Assembly (NCBI GenBank): GCA_020430245.1
Contig: JAGQKG010000001.1
Coordinates: 1-49,215 of the forward strand
Length of the DNA stretch: 49,215 nt
Reading direction: 5' to 3'
DNA from: Nitrospira sp.
Lineage (GTDB): Bacteria; Nitrospirota; Nitrospiria; Nitrospirales; UBA8639
In this document: piece by piece, positions 40,062 to 49,215 of the stretch
Numbering within the stretch: position 1 is the first letter of the stretch
Layout of the letters: each line of letters starts with the position of its first letter
Notes under the pieces: generated by a model
The model's input: only the letters and a program-made list of their open reading frames with translations
Told to the model about the DNA's origin: nothing
Databases searched by the model: none
Position numbers and translations under genes: made by a program

Positions 40062-41837
40062 CTAAGCTGTGATGACAGAATCCGAATCCGCCTGAGTACC
40101 AATTTTTTGCATGGCATTGGGCTTCTTTAAGTCCGGAGGATCTGCTAATAACATTTCATGATTACAGCCTCCGGCCGGAATCATGGGGTAACAATTCTCA
40201 AACTGGTAGGTCGGAACATCAATCACGACCGGACCCTTAATGGAAAGCGCTTCACGAATGCCGCTATCCATTTCCGAAACCTTTTCAATTCGAATACCTG
40301 CAGCCCCATAGGCTTCTGCTAATTTCACAAAATCAGGAACTGTCCCCAAGTGACTTGACGCATACCGACCCTCATAAAACAAATCTTGCCACTGCCGAAC
40401 CATGCCATGGAACCGGTTATTAATAATAAAGACCTTAACGGGCAGTTGCTCGACGACTGCAGTCGCCAACTCCTGGATATTCATTTGAATACTACCATCA
40501 CCAGCGACACACAGAACCAGCCGATCTGGAAACGCAGCTTGCGCACCCATAGCGGCCGGCAATCCAAAACCCATGGTCCCAAGACCTCCTGATGTTAACC
40601 AGGATTGAGGATTTTGCAATTTAAAATATTGAGCTGCCCACATCTGGTGTTGACCCACATCCGTGGCCAAAATAGGATTTCGCTCGCTTGTTAACTGATA
40701 CAGGCGATCAATAAGAAATTGTGGCTTAATTTGTCCGTCAGGATCTTGATCATAGCGCAGAGGATGTGCCTGCCTCCAGGCATTCAGTTGATCCCACCAA
40801 GGCTTCCTTTGTTCCTTCTGATTCCCATTCACCGTGACCCGAAGAATATTATTCAATTCGGTTAGCACTCGCTTACAATCACCGACAATGGGAATGTCTA
40901 CCTGAATATTTTTCCGGATAGAGGTTGGATCAATATCAATGTGGATAATTGTCGCATCGGGACAAAACTCTGAAACCTTGCCCGTCACTCGATCATCAAA
41001 TCGTGCCCCAACGGCAATAACCAGGTCAGAATAATGCATGGCCATGTTCGCAACATAAGTCCCATGCATGCCCAACATTCCCAAAGATAGGGGATGATTC
41101 CCGGGAAATGCCCCAAGCGCCATCAACGTCATATCCACCGGAATTTGCGTCAGCTCGGCTAGGTCTATCACCTCTGAAGAGGCGCCGGATAACACCACTC
41201 CCCCACCCACATATAATATTGGGCGCTTGGCTTTCATGATCGCGTCCGCCGCTTGCTTAATTTTCCACCGACTTCCGTCGAGCGTAGGGTTATACCCGCG
41301 AATAGAAACAGACGTCGGGTAATGAAAATCTGCTTTATCCAGCGAAATATCTTTAGGAATATCGACCAAAACGGGGCCAGGGCGACCCGTAGTGGCAATA
41401 TAAAACGCTTCCTTAATAGTCTGCGCTAAATCTTTCACGTCCTTGACCAGAAAATTGTATTTGGTGCACGGACGACTTAGACCAATGTTGTCGGCCTCTT
41501 GGAAGGCATCGTTCCCGATCAAGGCGGTCGGAACCTGTCCTGAAAAAACGACTATGGGAACTGAGTCCATATACGCGTCCGCAAGAGACGTGATAACATT
41601 TGTCATGCCGGGGCCGGACGTAATAAGCGCCACCCCAGGTTTGCCCATTGCTTTTGCGTACCCAACGGCCATGAACCCAGCACCTTGTTCATGTCGTGTG
41701 AGAATCACCCGAATATCTTTTTGCTGATGCAAGACATCGAATATTTTGAGAACCACTCCGCCTGGTAAGGCAAACATGGTTTTTACGTTTTCACGCTTTA
41801 ATGCTTCTAAAAAGATCTCTGCACCAGTGATTTTCAT
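40062..41837 (-). CDS. ilvB: Acetolactate synthase large subunit
   Basis: [45 protein letters not shown] (TPP-binding), GMVRQWQ. ATG at 41837; GTG at 41846 is an alternative. Confidence 0.97.
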   Translation of the reverse strand: MKITGAEIFLEALKRENVKTMFALPGGVVLKIFDVLHQQKDIRVILTRHEQGAGFMAVGYAKAMGKPGVALITSGPGMTNVITSLADAYMDSVPIVVFSGQVPTALIGNDAFQEADNIGLSRPCTKYNFLVKDVKDLAQTIKEAFYIATTGRPGPVLVDIPKDISLDKADFHYPTSVSIRGYNPTLDGSRWKIKQAADAIMKAKRPILYVGGGVVLSGASSEVIDLAELTQIPVDMTLMALGAFPGNHPLSLGMLGMHGTYVANMAMHYSDLVIAVGARFDDRVTGKVSEFCPDATIIHIDIDPTSIRKNIQVDIPIVGDCKRVLTELNNILRVTVNGNQKEQRKPWWDQLNAWRQAHPLRYDQDPDGQIKPQFLIDRLYQLTSERNPILATDVGQHQMWAAQYFKLQNPQSWLTSGGLGTMGFGLPAAMGAQAAFPDRLVLCVAGDGSIQMNIQELATAVVEQLPVKVFIINNRFHGMVRQWQDLFYEGRYASSHLGTVPDFVKLAEAYGAAGIRIEKVSEMDSGIREALSIKGPVVIDVPTYQFENCYPMIPAGGCNHEMLLADPPDLKKPNAMQKIGTQADSDSVITA

Positions 41838-41977
41838 GATTTTCACCCTCTGGTTAATTTGACGTTGGACGAAACCTGGTGAAACACAACGTCATGGGGA
41901 ACCCCCCTCAAAAACCGCTCCAACAAAAAAGATCCCTTCTTTATGATAAATTTACTGTCGATAGAAATAAATAAACC

Positions 41978-42007
41978 ATTGTAATCATTATGGTTTTTTC
42001 AAGTCAA
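41978..42007 (-). promoter_or_regulatory. Candidate sigma70 promoter of the ilv-leu operon
   Basis: Minus strand TTGACT-18 bp-TACAAT in the AT-rich region between the divergent ilvB and bioF genes. Confidence 0.5.
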
Positions 42008-42094
42008 TATTTATTGTAACAGGGTTGATCGCATTACGAAATACCTGTGGACGACAGGTTGATAGACTATATCTCAATACCCTGCGGGCTCTCA

Positions 42095-43255
42095 ATGTTC
42101 AAAGAAAACCTCCAGACCTTAGCGCGACAACACCTGTTGCGGGAATTATCTCTCATTAACTCCCCCTCCGCTCCTGTCATTTCAGTGGAAGGGCGGGAAG
42201 TCCTCCAGTTTGCCTCCAATGACTATCTTGGGCTCACCAACCATCCACAGGTAAAGGATGCCGCCATGAAGGCCATCGAAAAATTTGGGGTAGGATCTGG
42301 AGCCTCACGGTTAATTTCCGGCAACATTACTCCTCATTACGCCTTAGAAGCTGAATTAGCCAAGTTTAAGGATACAGAGGCGGCTCTCACCTTTTCTTCA
42401 GGATATACCACCAATATAGGAGTCATCCCAAGTCTTGCCACGACAGATAGCCTGATTTTTGCGGATCGGTTATGCCATGCCAGCCTGATTGATGGTTGCC
42501 GTCTCAGCCGGGCTACACTGCGTGTTTTCCATCATAATGACGTCAACCATCTCAAGCGCCTTCTGGCAAAACCACGTTCACGGACTTCGACGCTCATCCT
42601 GACTGAAGGCGTGTTTAGTATGGATGGAGATGTGGCTCCGCTGCCGGAAATAGCCGCTTTGGCAAAAGAGTGTGGGGCCACCCTGCTCATTGATGACGCG
42701 CATGGCACTGGGGTCATGGGCGCAAACGGTCGAGGCACGGTAGAGCATTTTGGATTGGACTCCCCCCACATCCTGCAGATGGGCACGCTCAGTAAAGCTC
42801 TTGGGGCCAGTGGCGGGTTTATCGCCGGACCGAAAGATTTCGTGGCCTACCTAATCAATACCTCACGCTCATTTATCTATACTACCGCCCCCCCACCAGC
42901 CATTGCCGCAGCAGCAAGCGTAGCCCTGGCAATCCTTCAGCAAGAACCCCAACGAAGAATAAAACTCTGGCGCAATCGAGAGTTTTTGCATAACGGCTTA
43001 GTGGCCATGGGATTCCAACTCACCGATACCCAGAGTCCTATTCTCCCGATCATGGTGAACGACCCCGAACTCGGGATCCAAATGAGCCGACACTTACGAG
43101 CAGAAGGCGTATGGATTCCAGCTGTCCGCCCTCCTACGGTCCCTAAAGGGACCAGCCGCCTCCGCATTACGGTTACAGCCGACCATTCTCTTGAACAACT
43201 CGAGATCGCCCTCAGAGCCTTACGGAAGGTAGGAACGGCTCTCAAAGTTCTCTGA
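42095..43255 (+). CDS. bioF: 8-amino-7-oxononanoate synthase
   Basis: FASNDYLGL, GSGASRLISG, HASLIDG, EGVFSMDGD, DDAHG, GTLSKA (PLP lysine), VRPPTVP..SRLR. Confidence 0.93.
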   Translation: MFKENLQTLARQHLLRELSLINSPSAPVISVEGREVLQFASNDYLGLTNHPQVKDAAMKAIEKFGVGSGASRLISGNITPHYALEAELAKFKDTEAALTFSSGYTTNIGVIPSLATTDSLIFADRLCHASLIDGCRLSRATLRVFHHNDVNHLKRLLAKPRSRTSTLILTEGVFSMDGDVAPLPEIAALAKECGATLLIDDAHGTGVMGANGRGTVEHFGLDSPHILQMGTLSKALGASGGFIAGPKDFVAYLINTSRSFIYTTAPPPAIAAAASVALAILQQEPQRRIKLWRNREFLHNGLVAMGFQLTDTQSPILPIMVNDPELGIQMSRHLRAEGVWIPAVRPPTVPKGTSRLRITVTADHSLEQLEIALRALRKVGTALKVL

Positions 43256-43540
43256 TTCTCTGAACGGAAGGATTGCCTCACCGGGTTTCTCTTATTCCTA
43301 CCAGCCGGTGTCGGGACACGCCCCCCTTATCTTTATGTCCTACATCCAAGACCCCAAGAGATTAAGAATTCCCTCCATTCAAGAAAATCAAACGGTATTC
43401 CGACAAGATGAGCAGGAATTCCATGGGTCCGGAATTTCCGCATTGTTTGATTGACAGGAGTGCCTTCGTTTCAATGAGCCACGACCACCAGACGCACTCA
43501 TTCATCACAAATTTTCTTTAAGAGAGTTAGGTTTTTTTGT

Positions 43541-45427
43541 ATGAATACACAACTGCTGCCTGGAAAAATTGAAATACAGGGAGAAATTGCCAAAGGCCAA
43601 ACCGGTACCATTTACTATGGGTATGATCTCGAACTGCGGCAGGAAATAGCGATTAAGGTGTATCATGCCCATATCAATGGTCAGCTCATTCGTGGGGAAT
43701 CCTTCATCGAAAAAGCCAAATCATTCCTTCGCTTAGAACACCCCAATCTCATTAAAATCTTCAAAGTCGAAGAGCAAGACGGCACTCCTGTCGTCTACAT
43801 GGAATTTTTTGATGCGCCCAGTCTCCAACACCTCATTCACAATGAAGGGCCTTTTTCAATCGAAAAAATGCTCTTCCTGGCTCGAGAAATTGCGGAAGTG
43901 TTAGTTCATATCCACTTTCAAGGCATCATTCACGGCACCCTCCATCCCGGCCACATCCTAGTCGGACCTCAATGCCAGATCAAAGTCATGGACCTCGGAT
44001 TTTCCTGGGTACTTATGGACATTCTGAAAAACTGTCACCCGGAGTTACTTAGACCATTACCCTACCTGCTTCCGGAAACGGCTAAAAACGAACTTTTGAC
44101 CCTCAGCAGTGATTTATACTGTTTGGGATTCATGATGTACGACATGCTCACCAAGCATGTGCCCTATTCCGGTCTTCCGAAGACATCAATTATGGGTAAA
44201 CTGGCCTATGACCAGGCTGACCCGGTGTTTGACTTTCCGGACCATGTCCCGAAAGCCATCTGTGAGCTCATCCGCCAAATGACCCGAAATCAGTCCTCAC
44301 AACGGCTTCAAGATGTGACCCATGTCCTCACCATCTTGAATCAGCAATTGACAAAATTGGCCCCTGAGGCTTCGAGCCCACCAGCGGCTCCTGCAGAACC
44401 ACGACCCACGCCAGAAAACCAAACAGCCAATATAGAGGTTCCGAGCCTACCACCACAGGCCCCAGCATCCGTACCCGCTCCATACCAACCACCGGCCGTG
44501 ACTCGACCGAGACAATCAACCGACTATCAAGGAATACACCGAGCCAATAGGAGAAAAAAATTAGGAGTAACTCTTGGAATCACCTTGCTTCTCTTCATTG
44601 GTGGCATCATAGGTTATATGTACAAAGAACAGCTCGGCATCCCTTTTCTGACATCCCATCAACTCAGGGGGCCTGAGCAGCCCCTCATCAACCAACCGGC
44701 CACTCCGGTTGCTCCAATTAACTCCCTCACGACCATGTCGCCTGAAACCCCAATTTCTTCTCCACTCCATAACTCAACGACCGAAGAGTCCCGCCTGAAA
44801 CCCGATGAAAGCCCAAATAGCGATACCTCCAAGGGAGCAATCCCAATACCACCACCGCAAGCAAAAGTGGTGATACAGGATCCCTCATTGAAATCTGATA
44901 TATCACAACACTCAGAAACGCCATTGACTTCCCCACCGGAAAACAACAGCCCACCATCTTCGAACTCACGGCCAAAACTTACATCTGTACCCAAACCGGT
45001 TCCGAATCAAACGAACTCGGCGCCGCCCCAAGACAATTCCATTATTGGCAATCCAGAATTATCCAAGAAACCGATTACTCTGATCCCAGCACCGACGCTG
45101 ACACCCAATCCTCCAGCAACGGGCCAAAGGGCTATCCCCACTGTTACCGAGAAGCCCACCTCACCCTCTGAACTGTCTCCAGAGCTTTCCCCCAAGGAAC
45201 CGCAACCCTTACAGGACTCGACTGTTCCCTCTTCGAACGCAGAGCCCTTAGACAACATTCAAAGCAAGGAACTCAAAAACGTATTGGATTCGGTTCAGGT
45301 CCCTGAGAACGGAACGACCCTTTCCACGGATGGACCAAGTCCTATTCTTTCATCCCCTCCGGATCCACCGTCTCGTACCCTTTCACCGAAACTCCCGGCT
45401 CTTTCATCACCTGTATCTTCGCCATAA
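43541..45427 (+). CDS. Hanks-type Ser/Thr kinase-like membrane protein, probably a pseudokinase, with Pro/Ser-rich C-terminal region
   Basis: IAIK, LEHPNLI, YMEF and SDLYCLG are retained. Catalytic loop reads HGTLHPGH; DLG and LPE replace DFG and APE. Single TM LGVTLGITLLLFIGGIIGY. Confidence 0.85.
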   Translation: MNTQLLPGKIEIQGEIAKGQTGTIYYGYDLELRQEIAIKVYHAHINGQLIRGESFIEKAKSFLRLEHPNLIKIFKVEEQDGTPVVYMEFFDAPSLQHLIHNEGPFSIEKMLFLAREIAEVLVHIHFQGIIHGTLHPGHILVGPQCQIKVMDLGFSWVLMDILKNCHPELLRPLPYLLPETAKNELLTLSSDLYCLGFMMYDMLTKHVPYSGLPKTSIMGKLAYDQADPVFDFPDHVPKAICELIRQMTRNQSSQRLQDVTHVLTILNQQLTKLAPEASSPPAAPAEPRPTPENQTANIEVPSLPPQAPASVPAPYQPPAVTRPRQSTDYQGIHRANRRKKLGVTLGITLLLFIGGIIGYMYKEQLGIPFLTSHQLRGPEQPLINQPATPVAPINSLTTMSPETPISSPLHNSTTEESRLKPDESPNSDTSKGAIPIPPPQAKVVIQDPSLKSDISQHSETPLTSPPENNSPPSSNSRPKLTSVPKPVPNQTNSAPPQDNSIIGNPELSKKPITLIPAPTLTPNPPATGQRAIPTVTEKPTSPSELSPELSPKEPQPLQDSTVPSSNAEPLDNIQSKELKNVLDSVQVPENGTTLSTDGPSPILSSPPDPPSRTLSPKLPALSSPVSSP

Positions 45428-45643
45428 TCACGCGATCACCTCGCGAATTGGTAGAAACCTCATGCATGAGTCAATCAAGCAATGCCTATAGCGCTGAACC
45501 TTTATGGACGGCACAGGCACCCTTGTCAGCCGCAGGACAAATCTGCCACCTTTTTATTATGTTGAAGCTCCCTAAAAAATTTTATCTATGATCCGTGAAT
45601 GCACGGCCACCACAGATCGTAAACAGAAATACATGAAACAAAC

Positions 45644-47170
45644 ATGTTAGCCAAAATTCAGAGTGTGGGATTGGTGGGACTAGAAGCTAATCTCATTGAA
45701 ATTGAGGTGGATATTGGTGGAGGCCTTCCACAATTTTCCATCGTGGGATTGCCGGATGCAACCGTTCGTGAAAGCCGAGACCGAGTTCGATCCGCACTCA
45801 AAAATACCGGATTCCACTTTCCAGCGAAAAAAATCACCGTCAACCTGGCGCCAGCCGGATTAAAAAAAGAAGGCGCAGGCCTTGAGTTAGGAATTGCCAT
45901 CGGCATTTTGGTAGCCGAAGGGATTCTGTCTCAAGAAGTCGTCACCTCCTATATTTTTGTTGGGGAACTGGCACTGGATGGCAGAATCAAAGCGATTCCT
46001 GGGGCGCTGTCCATGGCCATCGCCACTCATCACCCCTTTTCATTGGTCCTGCCCCACGACAATGCCTCGCAGGCTGCCGTAGTCGACCACGCCACCGTGT
46101 TTGGCGTCTCAACCCTCCCTCAGGTAGTGGAATTTCTTCAAGGAGCCCTCACCCTATTTCCTGCGAAAAATACGTTCTCCATCGTACAACCTGGCCCCTC
46201 CTCCATCGAGGAAGACTTTGCTGATGTGGTCGGACAATATCAGGCCAAACGTGCCCTCGAGGTGGCGGCCGCTGGTGGCCACAATCTCCTCATGGTGGGC
46301 CCACCAGGATCGGGGAAAACCATGTTAGCCCAACGGTTAACAGGTATCCTCCCACCCATGAGCTTTCAGGAATGTTTGGAAGCCAGTCAGATCCATAGTG
46401 TGGCTGGAAGCCTTTCTCCTCATTCGGCCCTCCTTGCCAATCGCCCCTTTCGTGCCCCCCATCACACCATTTCAGAAGCCGGCCTCGTTGGAGGCGGATC
46501 CATCCCCCGTCCCGGAGAAGTCTCTCTGGCACATCATGGCGTCCTTTTTTTAGATGAAGCCCTGGAATTTAAGCGGTCGCTTTTGGATAGCTTACGCCAG
46601 CCGTTGGAAAATGGAACCGTCACGCTGACCCGCGCACAAGCCAGCTTCACGTTTCCGGCCAAACTCATGTTGATCATCGCCATGAATCCCTGCCCATGTG
46701 GATATTGCGGAGATCCCACCCATGAATGCGTTTGTACGCCTTATCACATTCAACGGTATCGAAGCCGTCTGTCCGGTCCACTCCTGGATCGACTGGATAT
46801 CCACATCGAAGTCCCTGCCGTCCCGGTCAAAGAACTATCCGGCAGGACAACCGGCGAAACCTCTTCAACCATTCGTCAACGAGTGATCCAGGCACGACAG
46901 CGTCAAATTCAGCGCTACTGCGATGAGCAGACCTTAAACAATGCACAACTCAAGCCGCGCCTGCTTAAGAAATATTGCCAACTGGATCAAGCCGGAAGCA
47001 CACTGTTAGATCAAGCCGTCACCCGCCTGGGATTGTCCGCACGGGCCTATGGCCGAATTTTACGTGTGGCCCGAACTATTGCCGACTTGGGAGAATCAGT
47101 TATGATTTCATCCACACATGTGGCGGAAGCGATTCAGTATCGAACATTAGATCGACCTATTCTGGCATAA
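45644..47170 (+). CDS. comM: YifB/ComM family Mg-chelatase-like AAA+ ATPase
   Basis: IVGLPDATVRESRDRVR, TVNLAPA, GPPGSGKTM, PFRAPHH, GEVSLAHHGVLFLDE, AMNPCPCG, SGPLLDRLD, RVARTIADL. Confidence 0.93.
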   Translation: MLAKIQSVGLVGLEANLIEIEVDIGGGLPQFSIVGLPDATVRESRDRVRSALKNTGFHFPAKKITVNLAPAGLKKEGAGLELGIAIGILVAEGILSQEVVTSYIFVGELALDGRIKAIPGALSMAIATHHPFSLVLPHDNASQAAVVDHATVFGVSTLPQVVEFLQGALTLFPAKNTFSIVQPGPSSIEEDFADVVGQYQAKRALEVAAAGGHNLLMVGPPGSGKTMLAQRLTGILPPMSFQECLEASQIHSVAGSLSPHSALLANRPFRAPHHTISEAGLVGGGSIPRPGEVSLAHHGVLFLDEALEFKRSLLDSLRQPLENGTVTLTRAQASFTFPAKLMLIIAMNPCPCGYCGDPTHECVCTPYHIQRYRSRLSGPLLDRLDIHIEVPAVPVKELSGRTTGETSSTIRQRVIQARQRQIQRYCDEQTLNNAQLKPRLLKKYCQLDQAGSTLLDQAVTRLGLSARAYGRILRVARTIADLGESVMISSTHVAEAIQYRTLDRPILA

Positions 47171-47179
47171 GGACATTTC

Positions 47180-47395
47180 ATGGAATCGTTTAAAGTTTTT
47201 CGTTGGTGGTTCATGATAGGTGCCCTCATGGCATTGGCTGTCATCATGATACAAGGTGGGATTCGTGATCTCATGCTGGCAAACGAACCTATATGGGAAA
47301 TTAAACTGGTCGAGTTAGGACCGCCGATCTTTGGAGGAGGCCTATTGGGTGGATGCCTTGCCCTTATCCTGAACCGAATCAAAGATAAGTCCTAA
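47180..47395 (+). CDS. Small two-TM hypothetical protein
   Basis: AAGGA RBS overlapping the comM stop; two hydrophobic helices. Confidence 0.7.
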   Translation: MESFKVFRWWFMIGALMALAVIMIQGGIRDLMLANEPIWEIKLVELGPPIFGGGLLGGCLALILNRIKDKS

Positions 47396-47705
47396 CTCCA
47401 GTCACCCTTGTCCGCCTCTCCACCTACACCCCCACATCTCCCAAGCCTCCTCACCGTCTCAAAGGCTATTCAAAAAGGCCTGTCCGGTCCTTGCCGGAAG
47501 CTTCTCGAAGAAAAATACACAATCCACCCGGACGAGCGAAGCGCACAGAGGATAGAACAGGGCCAAGCAGCCAAAATGCATCCAGACTAGTGCAACACGT
47601 GGTTTCAGAACTCCCCCAAAGGAACATTTCCTCTAGCCACCAGGCTAATCCGGTCAGTACAATACGGGTCAGTTTTGAGTCTATTCACTGAAGAAAAAAG
47701 GAGGC

Positions 47706-48149
47706 ATGGTGGGCATGGATGTGAAAGTCGGACCGCATTGGTACCGCAATTCCAATGGAATTGTAGAAGTTGACGGACTCCCCCAAATTGAAATGCAACT
47801 CCGCAAAACCGGAGGAACCCCTGTTCGAGTCAATTTTGCCATTTTCGATAAAGTTGGAAAACTTCACGCAAAGATAGAAGCCAATTCCCTGGTCATCAAC
47901 GAACAAGGAGCCTATCAACTGGAACGGTTGGAAAACGGCTTAGTTTTATCCAACCGAGGGGACAAGAAACGCGTGCTGGCTATTAATGTGACAGGCACGG
48001 ATCAGGTGGAAATACCGGAAGGCGAGTTCTATACTCTCAAAGGGCATTTATTAAAGATTACCCCACATGAATGGTCAGTGGAAAAAACCACGAAACGATC
48101 AGGCGAGACCGACATGAAGGGACAACCAGTCGCTGTTGGCTCCCAGTAA
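47706..48149 (+). CDS. Hypothetical protein (beta-rich)
   Basis: AAGGAGG RBS; 147-aa ORF with plausible composition; no family recognised. Confidence 0.7.
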   Translation: MVGMDVKVGPHWYRNSNGIVEVDGLPQIEMQLRKTGGTPVRVNFAIFDKVGKLHAKIEANSLVINEQGAYQLERLENGLVLSNRGDKKRVLAINVTGTDQVEIPEGEFYTLKGHLLKITPHEWSVEKTTKRSGETDMKGQPVAVGSQ

Positions 48150-48214
48150 ATGAGTCTACAGTAGTGTGAACTGGTTAAGGCCAAACCCCTGTCTTCCCCA
48201 CACGATCACACTCG

Positions 48215-48421
48215 TTAAATTTCAGCCGACGGGGCGTGACATCGCCCCTCACAAATTGCACACATCCGGCCGCAGACGCCGTCCCCGACCATGGCCGGTC
48301 CCAGTGAACTGGAGAGGTCCAGCGCCACGACATCTGACCCTTGATACGTCCACAAACGGCCACATTCCTGACAACAGTACCAAATGGTATACCCAGGCCA
48401 CTCCCGATCACGCACAGCCAT
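48215..48421 (-). CDS. Small Cys-rich putative metal-binding protein
   Basis: AAAGGAG RBS; CCQEC and CGRMCAICEGRCH; co-oriented with the upstream genes. Confidence 0.65.
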   Translation of the reverse strand: MAVRDREWPGYTIWYCCQECGRLWTYQGSDVVALDLSSSLGPAMVGDGVCGRMCAICEGRCHAPSAEI

Positions 48422-48473
48422 GAGTAGGGTCTCCTTTGTCTACCTCTTGTTTACACGGTTTATATAGTCGGAA

Positions 48474-48707
48474 TCAGTCGTCCGGCATTTCCGCCTGAAT
48501 CTTTTCAGGCAATGTCTGTACCCAGTCATCGAAGGGCAGGTCGGCATCGACGACAATTTCCAGCTTGCCATTGGTCAATCGACGAACCACACCTGGGCTT
48601 GCCGGGGCCAGAGGAATTTCTACTGCCTCTCGCGAAATATCCAATTCATCCGTCACTTCTAAAATTCTCGTGATATGCTGAAACGAAACCGTATCCAATA
48701 AACTCAC
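48474..48707 (-). CDS. Small acidic hypothetical protein
   Basis: GGGAG before GTG at 48707 gives MSLLDTVSFQHITRILEVTDELDISREAVEIPL...; the ORF track extends it to 48767. Confidence 0.7.
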   Translation of the reverse strand: MSLLDTVSFQHITRILEVTDELDISREAVEIPLAPASPGVVRRLTNGKLEIVVDADLPFDDWVQTLPEKIQAEMPDD

Positions 48708-48788
48708 GTTGACTCCCTTCATCAGGCTAATTGGTGAAATTTTAGGAACTGTCCTAGACCCTGTCAACGAGCGCGTGGGAAGAGAAAC

Positions 48789-49215
48789 TCACCCCGCACC
48801 TGAAAAGACACACCTAAAGATTCGACCAGCGGCAACCATATCTTCTTGATTGACATCCAAATGCGTCACCACCCGAAACGCCCGATCCCCCATCGCATTC
48901 AAGAGGACTCCGGCCTCCCGGCAGTCAGCTAATAATCTGTCGGTCGTTTTGGAAGAACGAGGGACCTGAAACATCACCATATTGGTCTCCACTGCCTTAA
49001 CATCAACCACCACGCCGGAAATGTCCTCCAAGAGAGTCGCCAGATAATGCGCATTCGCATGATCCTCAGCCAATCGGGCAATATGGTGCTCAAGGGCATA
49101 CACACCCGCAGCCGCCAGAATGCCTACCTGCCGCATTCCCCCGCCGAACACCTTGCGAAGACGGCGCAATGTTTGAACACGTGCCGCATCCGACACCACC
49201 ATCGACCCGACAGGA
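48789..49215 (-). CDS. ltaE: Low-specificity L-threonine aldolase, C-terminal part (partial)
   Basis: PVGS..RRLRKVFGGGMRQVGILAAAG..RLAEDHANA, VETNMV, RVVTHLDV. Confidence 0.92.
   Translation of the reverse strand, partial: PVGSMVVSDAARVQTLRRLRKVFGGGMRQVGILAAAGVYALEHHIARLAEDHANAHYLATLLEDISGVVVDVKAVETNMVMFQVPRSSKTTDRLLADCREAGVLLNAMGDRAFRVVTHLDVNQEDMVAAGRIFRCVFSGAG

Noticed and set aside
47462-47590. AGGCTATTCAAAAAGGCC, similar to CGGCCGTTCAAGAAAGGCC near 14791; possible REP/MITE end
   Set aside because: The match is too short and no partner inverted end was found; it cannot be supported without a genome-wide search.

Overview
Bacterial chromosomal window; the gene order of the housekeeping block suggests Nitrospirota/Nitrospirales (inference). 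It has four parts. (1) 1-13.7 kb, minus strand: an ABC-transporter-dependent (wzm/wzt) surface glycan cluster. It holds GDP-heptose genes hddA and hddC, four methyltransferase domains, a GT4, a methyltransferase-coiled coil-GT2-WbsX-like fusion and a partial PhyH-like dioxygenase, and is interrupted by a decayed IS3. (2) 15.6-22.9 kb, minus strand: envelope/secreted proteins. These are a protein with an 11-aa Met/Pro repeat, an EPS-type outer-membrane beta-barrel, a secreted FN3 protein behind a c-di-GMP-I (GEMM) riboswitch whose conserved A47 appears to be C, and a zinc metalloprotease-FG-GAP protein paired with a small secreted partner. (3) 23-26.5 kb: decayed island at tRNA-Gln(CTG) with an IS256 remnant, a frameshifted IS1595-family element with intact ends and 8-bp target duplication, two orphan genes and an integrase C-terminal remnant. 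(4) 26.5-49.2 kb: housekeeping genes (gltX, SurA-N protein, queA, SpoIID/LytB, asd, NHL protein, leuB, leuA, pssA, psd, ilvC, ilvN, ilvB, bioF, comM/yifB, ltaE) plus a membrane-anchored Ser/Thr pseudokinase and a small Cys-rich protein. All family calls come from motif recognition by eye; no database searches were run.
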